A DNA stretch of 64,000 nucleotides, from the NCBI GenBank assembly GCA_028866835.1, contig JAGWHJ010000002.1:330-64329 (forward strand). The letters are read 5' to 3'. Source of the stretch: Candidatus Micrarchaeota archaeon. Lineage in GTDB: Archaea > Micrarchaeota > Micrarchaeia > Micrarchaeales > CABMGC01. Positions 7,800-17,401 of this stretch are shown piece by piece (within the stretch, counting starts at the first letter, position 1; every line of letters begins with the position of its first letter). The notes beneath the pieces were generated by a model. It saw nothing but the letters and a program-made list of their open reading frames with translations, was not told where the DNA came from and made no database searches. The position numbers and the translations under genes are program-made.

Positions 7800-8843
7800 A
7801 TGCTCGGACTAAAGGTACCAAAAGCGCATGCCGAAGACTTAAAGGTGTACCTAAAAAACAAAAATTTATCAGATGACAGATACAGGATATTTGAGAGAAA
7901 CGGATTTATATACTTTCCTATAAGCTCCAAGCCCTCTCAAACGGCCCTATCCCTAATCGAAAACAGGTTCAAGGCCAGTCTTTCTGATACTTCGTTCGAA
8001 GGTTTCAAGCCCAACAGCGCATACCGTGAAATGTTGCTGAAGAAAACAGGGAAGAAAGCATACGATTCCATATCAAAGGGCTACGATCTTTTCGGTAACA
8101 TCGCAGTAATAGATGCCGAAGGAAGCGCCGCAAAGAAAGCGGCAGCTGTAATAATGGGAATCAACAAAAACGTTAAGACTGTGCTGAGCAAAGCAGGCGC
8201 CGTCAGCGGCAAGTACAGGACAAGAAAATACTCGTACGTAGCCGGAGAGGAAAACTATATTGCAACATACAAGGAGAACGGCTGCACCTTCAGTTTCGAC
8301 ATAAGGAAGACCTTCTTTTCAACCAGGCTTTCTTTTGAGAGGAATCGCCTGTGCGAACTTGTGGCTCCGCGCGAGAATGTGGTTGTGATGTTCGCAGGCA
8401 TAGGGCCGTTTGCAATAGAGATAGCAAAAAAGCATCCCGAAACAAAGGTCATTGCAATAGAACTGAACAAAAATGCATGCAAATACCTCTCACAGAATAT
8501 CAAACTTAACAAGGTCGGCAATGTTATCGCTGAATTGGGCGATGTCAAGAAATTCTCAAAAAAGTACCGCGGCTTCGCAGACAGGATAATAATGCCTCTG
8601 CCGAGAGACTCGTACGCTTTTATGGAACCTGCGCTTAGCATGGCAAAAAGAAAAAGTACAATACACTATTATGCATTTGCAGGCGCTGCCGATCCTTTCA
8701 ATGAGCATATCGCACCAATAAAGCGTTTTCTAGCAACAAAAAAAGCATCGATGGCTGTTTCCAGCAAGCGTATCGTGCGTTCCTATTCCCCTACTGAAGT
8801 TGAAATTGTGCTGGACATGAAGGTAAGAAAGCCTAAAGCATAA
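7800..8843 (+). CDS. trm5: tRNA (guanine37-N1)-methyltransferase Trm5 / Met-10+ family
   Basis: FDIRKTFFSTRLSFERNRL and VVVMFAGIGPFAIEIAKK are typical of the Trm5/Tyw2 family. Confidence 0.8.
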   Translation: MLGLKVPKAHAEDLKVYLKNKNLSDDRYRIFERNGFIYFPISSKPSQTALSLIENRFKASLSDTSFEGFKPNSAYREMLLKKTGKKAYDSISKGYDLFGNIAVIDAEGSAAKKAAAVIMGINKNVKTVLSKAGAVSGKYRTRKYSYVAGEENYIATYKENGCTFSFDIRKTFFSTRLSFERNRLCELVAPRENVVVMFAGIGPFAIEIAKKHPETKVIAIELNKNACKYLSQNIKLNKVGNVIAELGDVKKFSKKYRGFADRIIMPLPRDSYAFMEPALSMAKRKSTIHYYAFAGAADPFNEHIAPIKRFLATKKASMAVSSKRIVRSYSPTEVEIVLDMKVRKPKA

Positions 8844-8861
8844 ATATGATGAAAATCACCC

Positions 8862-9557
8862 ATGAATCGGATTAACATGGCTGAAGCGAAGCGTAGAATG
8901 CAGCCTGAAAGGACAGATGCACATTTCACCCACAAATTAGCCGATGGTTTAAGGGATAAAACAGCAAAGAATGTACTTGAGGTGGGATACGGGGGAGGCC
9001 CCATGGGCATTCACTTCCGTAGCTTCATATTGCATGTGCCTGATGGTGTAAGATATTATGGCATAGAAGTTCCACACGGATATCCTACGGCCAGATTATG
9101 GCCGCGCCTTGGAGTTACAGAAACGGAAAAAGAGGAGATGGCAAAGTTAGAGGCAGAATATCTCTATCTGAAGCCAGAAAATATTGTTCTTTACAGGATG
9201 GACGCCGCCAATCTTAAGTTTCCCGATGGCATGTTCGACGAAGTGCATATGCATTATTTTACCACGGATCCGCGAATACCATTGTCTACTATTGCAAATG
9301 CGGTACTGGAGGCAAAAAGGGTTCTAAAACCTGACGGTGCGCTTATCCTGATTGGCGAGACCGACATGCCCGCCCTTAAACTTTTTGGGCGCGGAAGGGA
9401 AGAGATAACTGAAATAATCGCTTCAGGAGCCGGGTTTTCAGTTTCAAGCGGAGTTGAGGCACTCAGAGGTTCTACTGTCTTCAGCAGGCATATAGAGGCA
9501 GCAGTAGAGGTACGATGTGGCATAGAAGAGACATTCATGCTTGTCGCTAGGAAATAG
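8862..9557 (+). CDS. class I SAM-dependent methyltransferase
   Basis: VLEVGYGGGPMG motif I; LKPDGALILIGE. Confidence 0.6.
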   Translation: MNRINMAEAKRRMQPERTDAHFTHKLADGLRDKTAKNVLEVGYGGGPMGIHFRSFILHVPDGVRYYGIEVPHGYPTARLWPRLGVTETEKEEMAKLEAEYLYLKPENIVLYRMDAANLKFPDGMFDEVHMHYFTTDPRIPLSTIANAVLEAKRVLKPDGALILIGETDMPALKLFGRGREEITEIIASGAGFSVSSGVEALRGSTVFSRHIEAAVEVRCGIEETFMLVARK

Positions 9558-9589
9558 TGTTTTTGCCGTCCATTGAGTAAAACGTAAAA

Positions 9590-9946
9590 TTACTTGTATA
9601 TCGAATGGTAGACATTGTTGGTGTCGTCAGTTATCACGATGCACTCCCCTTCGCACTCAACAAGGCAGGCCTGGCAAAGGATGCACGCAGGCCCTTGGAT
9701 CGCTACGGATATGCCACCGCTGCCTCCCTCGTTCTTCTCCGCGAAGTGGTGGTGTCCGTCCTGCACGTTGGCCCACTTTGCCGTTACCTCTGGAGTGTGC
9801 TGGCCCTTCCACTTGGCGTCCTCCGGAGCGACATCGGCGTTGACATCTGGTGAAGCCCTGTCCTTCATCTGGAAGACTGCGACCGGGCACACGTCAAAGC
9901 AGTGAGAGCATCCGGTGCATTTTGGTTTTTCCACGTAAACTTGCAT
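9590..9946 (-). CDS. 2x[4Fe-4S] ferredoxin with ~55-aa insertion between cluster motifs
   Basis: CTGCSHCFDVCP and CILCQACLVEC. Confidence 0.8.
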   Translation of the reverse strand: MQVYVEKPKCTGCSHCFDVCPVAVFQMKDRASPDVNADVAPEDAKWKGQHTPEVTAKWANVQDGHHHFAEKNEGGSGGISVAIQGPACILCQACLVECEGECIVITDDTNNVYHSIYK

Positions 9947-10079
9947 TTTATCGCCCGTAGTATTCCATATTCCAACAAAGACTTATAAAACATTGCGCAT
10001 ATCCTCGGCCTATGCCATGTGCATAGCTAGAGTTAACCCTAATGCCCATGCTAGTGGCTTATAGGCGCTCGCATCGAGC

Positions 10080-10385
10080 TCAGCCAAAGAGACTTGCAAG
10101 CCCTCCGGCCGCTTCCTCTTCGCTTACCGCCTTCTCCTCCTTAGCTTCCTTCTTCTCTGCCTTTGCAGGCTGTGCCCCTGAGGCTGCCGCAGGCGCCGCT
10201 ACCTGCATCGTCTGCGCGTTCTTTATGACGTCCTTTATGTTCACTCCCTTGAGTGAGTTCGCGACAGACTTCGCCATTGCCTGGTCCGGGCTAAGGCCCG
10301 CTGCCTTTACCACGTCCTCAAGACTCTTTTCGTTTATCTCCTTGCCTGCTGCATCCAGAAGAAGTGCAGCATAGATGTATTCCAT
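10080..10385 (-). CDS. rpl12: 50S ribosomal stalk protein P1 (L12)
   Basis: MEYIYAALLL... with A/E/K-rich hinge and C-terminal GLASLFG. Confidence 0.95.
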   Translation of the reverse strand: MEYIYAALLLDAAGKEINEKSLEDVVKAAGLSPDQAMAKSVANSLKGVNIKDVIKNAQTMQVAAPAAASGAQPAKAEKKEAKEEKAVSEEEAAGGLASLFG

Positions 10386-10405
10386 TCAAATTCACCTAAG
10401 TATGA

Positions 10406-11284
10406 TCATGTTGCCGGTTGTGCCGCCGGTTCAGGAGCCTTCGGCTCCTCCTTCACCATGCCTTTCAGCTCCATCGCGGCCCTCATCGCCTTGGCGAGCA
10501 GTTTCTCGGATATCTCCGGCTCGTATATCTCAGCGTCAAGGCCCAGGCCTAGCGCCGACATGTACGCCTTCCTTACCAGGCCGCTGACGTTGAAAGGCGT
10601 GACAAAGCCTATCGACAGTGCAAGCGCGTCTGCCTGCGAGAACGATGCCGCTATGTCCGTCCTGAGGCTCGCCTCTGTTATTGCCAGAACGCGCTCCGTG
10701 AAAAGTATCCTATCGTGCATGACTGCATTGAGCCTTGTCCCAGTCTCGAAAGGCATTATGTCAAGCATCTTCAGGGCCTTTGATACAGCGGTTGTTATCT
10801 TTGCGCCTTTCGCTACAAGAACCTTCGACTTCGATATGACTACCTTGCCCTTCTGTATCTGGACGTCTATGCCCGCGGTCTTCAGATCGGTAACCGCCTG
10901 CCCAGGGGCTATCGTTGTCTCCCCGGATTCTATGTGTATGTCCTCTGGAGAGAGCTGGTTCGGCTTTGCGCCGAGCTTCGTCCTGTTCGCCGCTATGATC
11001 TTGTTCAGCTCAGTAGGGTCCATGTTGGTTAGTATGAGTGCGAAGTCGCTCGGGATGTACTGCTCGAGCTGCTTCAGCCTCTCGTCCCCCTCAAGCGCGC
11101 GCATTACCAGGCTCTTCCTTGCTATGACGAACTTTGCCTTCGGCCTTAGCTCGTTCCTCACCTTCTGCACAAGCCTGTCAGGAACCTTCTCCATAGGCAT
11201 GACCGCTACCGTCTTGTAGCTCTTCATCTCGGTCCTGAGCTTGTTTACGAATTCTACCTTCTCTGCCTTTATCATAAATATCAC
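10406..11284 (-). CDS. rpl10: 50S ribosomal protein P0 (uL10)
   Basis: Position between L1 and L12. N-terminal KVEFVNKL...YKTVAVMPMEKVPDRLVQKVRNEL pattern. Confidence 0.9.
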   Translation of the reverse strand: MIFMIKAEKVEFVNKLRTEMKSYKTVAVMPMEKVPDRLVQKVRNELRPKAKFVIARKSLVMRALEGDERLKQLEQYIPSDFALILTNMDPTELNKIIAANRTKLGAKPNQLSPEDIHIESGETTIAPGQAVTDLKTAGIDVQIQKGKVVISKSKVLVAKGAKITTAVSKALKMLDIMPFETGTRLNAVMHDRILFTERVLAITEASLRTDIAASFSQADALALSIGFVTPFNVSGLVRKAYMSALGLGLDAEIYEPEISEKLLAKAMRAAMELKGMVKEEPKAPEPAAQPAT

Positions 11285-11919
11285 ATCAACCTCATCGGCG
11301 CGCTCATTGTCAGCTTGACGTACACCGAGCGTATGCGGTTCGCGCCTATCTTCTTCGATACTGTATTGACTACCTCGTTTATGTTCTCGTAGAGCTTCTG
11401 CGGCTCCATGTCCTCTGTGCCCACTATGCAGTGTATCGTTGGCAGGTTCTTGCCCTTGTTTCTAATAGTAACTCTCTTGTTAAGTTCGTTTGCTATCGCA
11501 GCCATGTTCACGTTGCCTAGGAGCGGCTTAGGCATCTTGTTCCTAGGTCCAAGGAACTGGCCGAGGCTCTTGGCTATCACGGGCATGAGGTTCGGCTGCG
11601 CTATGAGCTCGTAGTTCACCAGGGAACTGAGCCTTGCATTGTCGCTCTTTATCGAATCGAGCTCGTTTCCGTTTATTACCTCTATGTTGTTCTTCTTCGC
11701 CTCCTCTATCATGTTCCTCTCCGTGGCGAAGATGGCGATCTTCTTCACCTTGCTGCCCTTGCCGTTTGGAAGATTGACGTCGACATTGAGCTTGCTGTCC
11801 TGCTTCGTGAAGTCGATGTCCTTGAAGTTTATGGCTAGCTCTACCGTTTGCTTGAATTTCCTCTTTCCTTTATTGTCAGCAATGAACTTGCTGAACTGCT
11901 CCAAATTCTGCTCTGCCAT
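11281..11919 (-). CDS. rpl1: 50S ribosomal protein L1 (uL1)
   Basis: FKQTVELAINFKDIDF, GKGSKVKKIAIFA. First gene of the L1-L10-L12 block. Confidence 0.95.
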   Translation of the reverse strand: MAEQNLEQFSKFIADNKGKRKFKQTVELAINFKDIDFTKQDSKLNVDVNLPNGKGSKVKKIAIFATERNMIEEAKKNNIEVINGNELDSIKSDNARLSSLVNYELIAQPNLMPVIAKSLGQFLGPRNKMPKPLLGNVNMAAIANELNKRVTIRNKGKNLPTIHCIVGTEDMEPQKLYENINEVVNTVSKKIGANRIRSVYVKLTMSAPMRLM

Positions 11920-12062
11920 TATGATCCCTCCTGCAATATTGCAGTGCTTACGGGAAAATAAGCCGTAGATATGCTATGTCAGTACCAATATAAAAAGCTT
12001 TCCAGATTGGCGCTTTGCAGAAATTCATTTAAATCCACAAGCCAAAATTGTACTGAGCGGCA

Positions 12063-13421
12063 ATGGCATCTGCAAGGAATTATGCAACGTACATAGCTGC
12101 AATAATAGCGATCCTACTTGTTGTTGGCGTATTCTTAGGGGTGAATCATTGGAGAAACGGCGGTTCAACAAGCACCACGATAAGTCAAACCACCATCGCA
12201 TCAACTCATGTTACAACGCCGATGCCTACTTCCATACCTACGACAACCGCCCAGCCAGTAAATTATTCCTGCCCCAATGCAACACGGTATGACCTTACCG
12301 TGCCTTCAAGCTGGGTCAGCCTTTATTCTGAGCTGAACCAGAGCCTCGACAACTTCAGCCAGACTTTGGGCAATGTATCCTCAAAGCCTAATCATACAAC
12401 AATCTACGGCGCAGAGCTTCTCGCCGCTGATGCTAATAGCGGAACCAGCCTCTTGAATCCACAGGCGATGGCGTCTGTAAACAGGCAGCTTAATGCACTT
12501 CAGGCCATGGGCGTAAACGGCGTTACAGTTGACATATCCTTCCCTCTCTTCTTACCAAATTTCCCCAATTCGAGCCGGTACATAGCCTTCTACAAGCAGG
12601 TGGCCCAGGCGATCCATTCAAGGAACATGACTATGGTTGTTGAATACCATGTTATATTCACGGGCACCTCATTCTCATCGCTGACTTACAACTACTCAAA
12701 CCTTACATTCCAGCAGCTGCTGCGTGAGAGGCAGCAGATGGCTCAAATCCTCATAAGCAACATCTCCCCTGACATAGTCGACCTCGGAAGCGAGCCTGAG
12801 ACAACGTACACGCTTCTGCAAGGCAGCGGCAGGACGTACCCGGAGCTTCTCACCCCCGAGGGATGGTACAACTATACCATTGGATCCGTAAGCGGCGTCA
12901 ACACCGGCAGTACCAGAATAGCGGCCGGGTTGGGAAGCTGGGATTCTCCAACTGACATAAAATACATAGCAAACGAATCAAAGTTGAGCTACATCTCGTT
13001 GCACATCTACCCGCTTCTTTCTGTCAACCAGCAGAACGTTATTGAGGATGCAGCCATAGCGCAGGAGCACGGCAAGCCCCTTCTCATAGATGAGGCATGG
13101 GAATGGAAGGAATCGCAGACCAAGCCATACGCGAATGTTGACGTGAACGAATCTATGCGCGGCCCATGGTCGTTCTGGATGCCGATAGACAAGAAGTTCC
13201 TCTCGGATCTTATCAAATATGCAGATAAGTACAATGTGGCATACATCTCACCGTTCCATATCCAGTCTTTCTTCGCTTACGTGAACTACTCCTCAGTCGC
13301 AAGCCTCTCCTCCTCGCAGGAAAACGCGCTTCTTAACCAGCAGGCGAGTCAGGGCATCCAGAATGGCGCCCTTTCGCAGACTGGCTGCCACTACAAGAAT
13401 CTCATAAGCAAAAACCAGTGA
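12063..13421 (+). CDS. membrane-anchored extracellular protein, possible clan GH-A (TIM-barrel) glycoside hydrolase
   Basis: N-terminal TM helix, Thr-rich linker, many sequons. LGSEPE (NEP-like acid/base), ISLHIYP and LLIDEAWEW (nucleophile-like) are spaced as in GH5-type enzymes. Not verified. Confidence 0.45.
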   Translation: MASARNYATYIAAIIAILLVVGVFLGVNHWRNGGSTSTTISQTTIASTHVTTPMPTSIPTTTAQPVNYSCPNATRYDLTVPSSWVSLYSELNQSLDNFSQTLGNVSSKPNHTTIYGAELLAADANSGTSLLNPQAMASVNRQLNALQAMGVNGVTVDISFPLFLPNFPNSSRYIAFYKQVAQAIHSRNMTMVVEYHVIFTGTSFSSLTYNYSNLTFQQLLRERQQMAQILISNISPDIVDLGSEPETTYTLLQGSGRTYPELLTPEGWYNYTIGSVSGVNTGSTRIAAGLGSWDSPTDIKYIANESKLSYISLHIYPLLSVNQQNVIEDAAIAQEHGKPLLIDEAWEWKESQTKPYANVDVNESMRGPWSFWMPIDKKFLSDLIKYADKYNVAYISPFHIQSFFAYVNYSSVASLSSSQENALLNQQASQGIQNGALSQTGCHYKNLISKNQ

Positions 13422-13427
13422 GTGCCT

Positions 13428-13721
13428 TCAAAGCAGCCAGGGCATGTACGTTGCTATGTATGCGGTTATCGCAGCCGCCGCCCCTATGAAAATTCCGGGT
13501 ACATTACACGCTATAATCGGCCAATTCCTTTTCTCCATAAGCGCGCCGTACGCTACCCAGAATGAGCAGTTGAAGATCGTTACCACTGGAAGTATTATGG
13601 ATCCAGGATGCCCCGAAAGGTTAAGCCTTATCTGGTCCAAAAAAGAGAAGTACAGGACCAGCGACATAAACGACGCGGTCCATCCGACCTTCCTTACAAA
13701 TTTCTGGTCAACCTTCTTCAT
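13428..13721 (-). CDS. SemiSWEET-like 3-TM transporter
   Basis: 97 aa, three helices. FLDQIRLNLSG...S and FWVAYGAL...NWPII..N resemble the SemiSWEET/PQ-loop pattern. Confidence 0.5.
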   Translation of the reverse strand: MKKVDQKFVRKVGWTASFMSLVLYFSFLDQIRLNLSGHPGSIILPVVTIFNCSFWVAYGALMEKRNWPIIACNVPGIFIGAAAAITAYIATYMPWLL

Positions 13722-13737
13722 AACCTAACACTATCTT

Positions 13738-14109
13738 TTATAACAGCTTTAATGCAGATGTATAAAAATTTATCTCGCCGCTTTTCCACGGTCCTACGCC
13801 AAGGGCGGTTATGGTTCCTGGCTGCAGTTGCGTCAATCCTGCATCGTTAACGAGCCCGCATGGGATCTTCTTGAACTTGAATGCCTCGTACAGCTTCTTG
13901 ATTATCTTCTCGTCATCCACCTTGAGTACGATCTTCTTCTGGCCTGTCGCAAGCCACCGCTCTATCATTTCCTTGCTGCTCTTTTCCGCCTCCAGGTAGC
14001 TTATTATCGATGCATGCGCACCCTGGCTGACCGCCTTGCCCTGCCCCATGCCAAGGTCCTTCCTTATTATTATTACCTGCTTTACTTCGTCGTCGCCTGG
14101 TTTGTCCAT
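13738..14109 (-). CDS. pth2: peptidyl-tRNA hydrolase, archaeal type (Pth2)
   Basis: VIIIRKDLGMGQGKAVSQGAHASI...ITALGVGP. Confidence 0.9.
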   Translation of the reverse strand: MDKPGDDEVKQVIIIRKDLGMGQGKAVSQGAHASIISYLEAEKSSKEMIERWLATGQKKIVLKVDDEKIIKKLYEAFKFKKIPCGLVNDAGLTQLQPGTITALGVGPWKSGEINFYTSALKLL

Positions 14110-14110
14110 C

Positions 14111-14356
14111 TCACACCATCTTTAGTCTCCTTCCCGCCCGTTCAAGTTCCTTCCGCGCCTTGTTCATGTGACTCATCACAAGGTCGAGGTTCTCGACAAC
14201 ACCTTCGGTAAGCCCGGTCTTATACCCGCTCCTGGCAACGTGTTTTGCTATAGCCCTTATCTTCTTCTGGTGTTCGCCCAGCTTCTTTGTCATGTCATTG
14301 ATCATGTAAAAGTCCTTCAGCAGTTCGTTCGCCCCGGCCCTGCTTTTTCTTTTCAT
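14111..14356 (-). CDS. hypothetical 81-aa basic helical protein
   Basis: ORF track. 1-nt gap to pth2 suggests co-transcription. Confidence 0.45.
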   Translation of the reverse strand: MKRKSRAGANELLKDFYMINDMTKKLGEHQKKIRAIAKHVARSGYKTGLTEGVVENLDLVMSHMNKARKELERAGRRLKMV

Positions 14357-14402
14357 CTAATCGCCCTCTGCAACCTATTTATTGTTTGAGGCTATCTATT
14401 TA

Positions 14403-15578
14403 ATGATTTTGATGCAGCAGCTTCAGGACGCCGGAGGTCTGGGAATTGCAAAAAAGCTGATCTCAAGCTATTACGCAGGCGCGAAGGACATAGCACCTGA
14501 CAAGGTGGAGCAGAGGGAGTTCGGAGTTGGCAACTTCCAGACAAAGATAGCTTTCAGGCACATGCGCTTCATCGCAGAGAAAGACCTCAGGGCTTATCTT
14601 TCAAACAACGCGATACCCTATGTCTCCTGCTCCGCAGCATACTACAAGTATCCCGATGCAAGGCCCATGGAGAGGAAGGGCTGGGAGGGATCTGAGCTCG
14701 TCTTCGACCTTGACGTTACCGACATGGATCTCAAATGCCAGCTTCGGCATGGCAAGTCATGGATCTGCAGCGAATGCCTTGATGCAGTGAAGGCCGAGAC
14801 CATAAAGCTCATAGAGAAATTCCTGGTGCCTGACTTCGGCTTTGCTGAGAAGGACATCTCGGTGAACTTTAGCGGCAACCGCGGCTATCACGTGCATGTA
14901 AAGAACGAAGGCATTCTCAAGCTCGATGGCAATGCACGGAAGCAGATAACGGATTACATAGCAGGGATAGGCATAACCTTCGAGGAGCTCTTCCCCAACG
15001 CGGGCGAGAGAGGCGCGGCACTGCGCGGGCCGAGACCTGACGCTAAAGGGTGGAAGGGCAAGCTCGCGCGCAATTTCATCTCAAGCCTCAATTCCGGCAT
15101 CGATTCCCTGACCGAGCTTGGCATAGACCGCAAGGACGCGGCAAACCTTTACAGGAAAAGGTCGCTCGTGCTAATGGGGATCAACAGCGGCAACTGGGAC
15201 ATGATATACATAAAGAACAAGGCCGATTTCTGGAAGCGAACGATAGAGGTCCAGTCCATAAGGCAGAGCGACAGGATAGACCGCAACGTCACTAACGACC
15301 CATCCCATCTGATCAGGCTCCCGAATTCCATACACGGCGAGACGGGCCTTCTCGCAAGGAAGCTGGTGTCGACAAGCGCACTCTACAGATTCGATCCTAT
15401 GACGGATGCCATAGCATTCGGCAAAGGCGAGGTGGAGATGACCGCAAATTCCAGATACGAAGTGAGGATGAATGGCCAGGCATACGGGCCTTATGATGGC
15501 AATACCGTAAAGGTGCCGGTATATGTTGGCATCTACCTATATCTGAAGGGCGCTGCTGAGATAAGAAACCTTAATTAG
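14403..15578 (+). CDS. priS: DNA primase small (catalytic) subunit PriS
   Basis: ELVFDLDVTD catalytic Asp motif, GNRGYHVHV, zinc knuckle CQLRHGKSWICSEC. First ATG at 14403 (track starts at TTG 14382). Confidence 0.9.
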   Translation: MILMQQLQDAGGLGIAKKLISSYYAGAKDIAPDKVEQREFGVGNFQTKIAFRHMRFIAEKDLRAYLSNNAIPYVSCSAAYYKYPDARPMERKGWEGSELVFDLDVTDMDLKCQLRHGKSWICSECLDAVKAETIKLIEKFLVPDFGFAEKDISVNFSGNRGYHVHVKNEGILKLDGNARKQITDYIAGIGITFEELFPNAGERGAALRGPRPDAKGWKGKLARNFISSLNSGIDSLTELGIDRKDAANLYRKRSLVLMGINSGNWDMIYIKNKADFWKRTIEVQSIRQSDRIDRNVTNDPSHLIRLPNSIHGETGLLARKLVSTSALYRFDPMTDAIAFGKGEVEMTANSRYEVRMNGQAYGPYDGNTVKVPVYVGIYLYLKGAAEIRNLN

Positions 15579-15629
15579 ACTTTGCATATCGAATATATCC
15601 TTACTACTTCATTCAGAAAGGTCATTGAC

Positions 15630-16145
15630 ATGAGCATGTACAAATACATAGATTCAACGTTGCAGTCCCAGTACAAGGAAAGGGGCGACGTTTACAGGGC
15701 AAAGATAGCGGAATGGAGAAGGAACCCGCCTATAGTAAGAGTTGAACGGCCGGCAAACCTTGCAAGGGCGAGGGAGCTCGGATACAAGGCAAAGCAGGGA
15801 ATAATCGTCGTCAGGGTCAGGATAATAAAGGGAATGCGCAAGAGGGCCAAGGCACGAGGCGGAAGGAAACCGTCCAAGAGCGGAAGGTTCTTCTCTTACC
15901 ACAAATCGTTCCAGGCCATGGCAGAGGAAAGGGCCTCAAGGAAGTTCATGAACTGCGAGGTAATGAATTCATATTACGTAGGCGAGGACGGCAAGTACAA
16001 GTTCTTCGAGGCGATACTACTTGACAGGAGCCATCCCGCGCTCAAGAACGACAGGTTCTACAGCACGATAATAGCGCACAAGGGACGCGCCTTCAGGGGC
16101 CTCACAAGCGCGGGCAGGAAGCACAGGGAGGAATTGCAGAAGTAA
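15630..16145 (+). CDS. rpl15e: 50S ribosomal protein L15e
   Basis: MSMYKYI...ELGYKAKQGIIVVRVRI.KG.RKRAKARGGRKPSKSG. ATG at 15630. Confidence 0.9.
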   Translation: MSMYKYIDSTLQSQYKERGDVYRAKIAEWRRNPPIVRVERPANLARARELGYKAKQGIIVVRVRIIKGMRKRAKARGGRKPSKSGRFFSYHKSFQAMAEERASRKFMNCEVMNSYYVGEDGKYKFFEAILLDRSHPALKNDRFYSTIIAHKGRAFRGLTSAGRKHREELQK

Positions 16146-16157
16146 TCGGGAGATGCG

Positions 16158-16388
16158 TTGCCCGTTGCCAAAATCGAGTTCAAGATCGACAAACCAAAAG
16201 AGTGCATAAATATACTTAAAGAGGGCTGGCACAGAAACCGATCGATAAGAATGAAAGCGAGCGGCGACGGCATCCTTGTAACTTTGAGGGCGGACACAAC
16301 CAAAGAGCTTCTGTCATCCACGGAGGGCCTCGTCAAGAGATTGATGGTCTTAAGCAATACTCTGGACGCCATTAAAAGCCTCGAATAG
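16158..16388 (+). CDS. possible KEOPS subunit Pcc1
   Basis: 76 aa. LRADTTKELLSSTEGLVKRLMVLSNTLDAI resembles the Pcc1 A.D..ALR..VNS.LR motif. TTG start. Confidence 0.4.
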   Translation: MPVAKIEFKIDKPKECINILKEGWHRNRSIRMKASGDGILVTLRADTTKELLSSTEGLVKRLMVLSNTLDAIKSLE

Positions 16389-16445
16389 CCAGAATCAAAC
16401 TTTAAATATCAGAAAGCATCTTGAAGATGGAAAAGTGGGATACGG

Positions 16446-17396
16446 ATGGGGTTCATATCACGCAGGCCGATGTTGGCTGACGGGCATCTAAATGTAAAGC
16501 AGGAGCTTGCCAACCTCTTCCGTATGGTAGAAAAAACTTCAAAGGCCGTCATCCTCACTACCGCAATAGGGATCTCAACTACTTCTCATGCAGCTGCAAT
16601 CAAGGTACCTACAGTGATGCCTGTCCCAGGGCCAACAACCGCCACAAAGCTCGCTCCGGGAGGGAGCGTGCACATATCCCTGCGCGGCATACCTAAACAG
16701 ATGCAGCAGCATACGACGGCAGTATGGTACGCCCGCGATGGAACATACTGCCCCGGGCTTCCGATGCCGCCGCCGGTGCGCCTGGGCTCCGGGATAGTCG
16801 GAGCCTATTCCAGCACCATCTCATTCACATATACCCCTACTGCCCTCACAAGGAACTGCACAATAAATGTCCACTTCAGGATCTTTACCGGCCCGATACA
16901 ATGGATAACATATGACGGCAACGTCGGTCCTATCTCGGTGTCACCCTCAAGGCTAAGCCGAACAGGGAATTCTGGAGCGGTCTCGGAGCCGCAGGACAAG
17001 GTCGCATTGCTGCTGCTGCGTTACGAGGAAAATCCCCTAGGTGTGGGCTATGACGTTGGCTACGGTTCGATATCCAAGGACATATCCGAGGGCATAAGGC
17101 TGTCGAAAAGCAACCCCGAAAAGGCCTACGATCTGTTCGAGGAAGCTTCCGGAGTGTGCCACAGCAATAACATATTCGCAACAAACATCGGGGTGTACTG
17201 TGCCAGCGGCCTCAAGCCTGCGCTCGGCAAGGCCGAGGGCATACTTTACAATACATTCCCGCTCATAACAAAAATAAAGGTCACGGTCGTGAACGATGTC
17301 AGGAAGATATGGCCGCCCATGGTCCTTGTCGCTGCAATAGCTGCCATTTGCATAGGCGCCAGCGCCTACAGAAGGAAAAAGTATGACATAAGGTAG
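16446..17396 (+). CDS. hypothetical exported protein with C-terminal membrane anchor
   Basis: N-terminal hydrophobic segment; C-terminal MVLVAAIAAICIGASAYRRKK. Confidence 0.5.
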   Translation: MGFISRRPMLADGHLNVKQELANLFRMVEKTSKAVILTTAIGISTTSHAAAIKVPTVMPVPGPTTATKLAPGGSVHISLRGIPKQMQQHTTAVWYARDGTYCPGLPMPPPVRLGSGIVGAYSSTISFTYTPTALTRNCTINVHFRIFTGPIQWITYDGNVGPISVSPSRLSRTGNSGAVSEPQDKVALLLLRYEENPLGVGYDVGYGSISKDISEGIRLSKSNPEKAYDLFEEASGVCHSNNIFATNIGVYCASGLKPALGKAEGILYNTFPLITKIKVTVVNDVRKIWPPMVLVAAIAAICIGASAYRRKKYDIR

Positions 17397-17401
17397 CTTT
17401 T

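Noticed and set aside
10458-11219. Long antisense ORFs in the track: 10458-11219, 20572-21159, 37678-38631, 39958-40344, 47294-47905, 17037-17519, 45059-45655, 4863-5507 and similar
   Set aside because: Each lies opposite a gene with strong family motifs. Each has a skewed low-complexity composition (Ser/Ala/Leu/Arg/Cys-rich) and no motifs. These are typical shadow ORFs.
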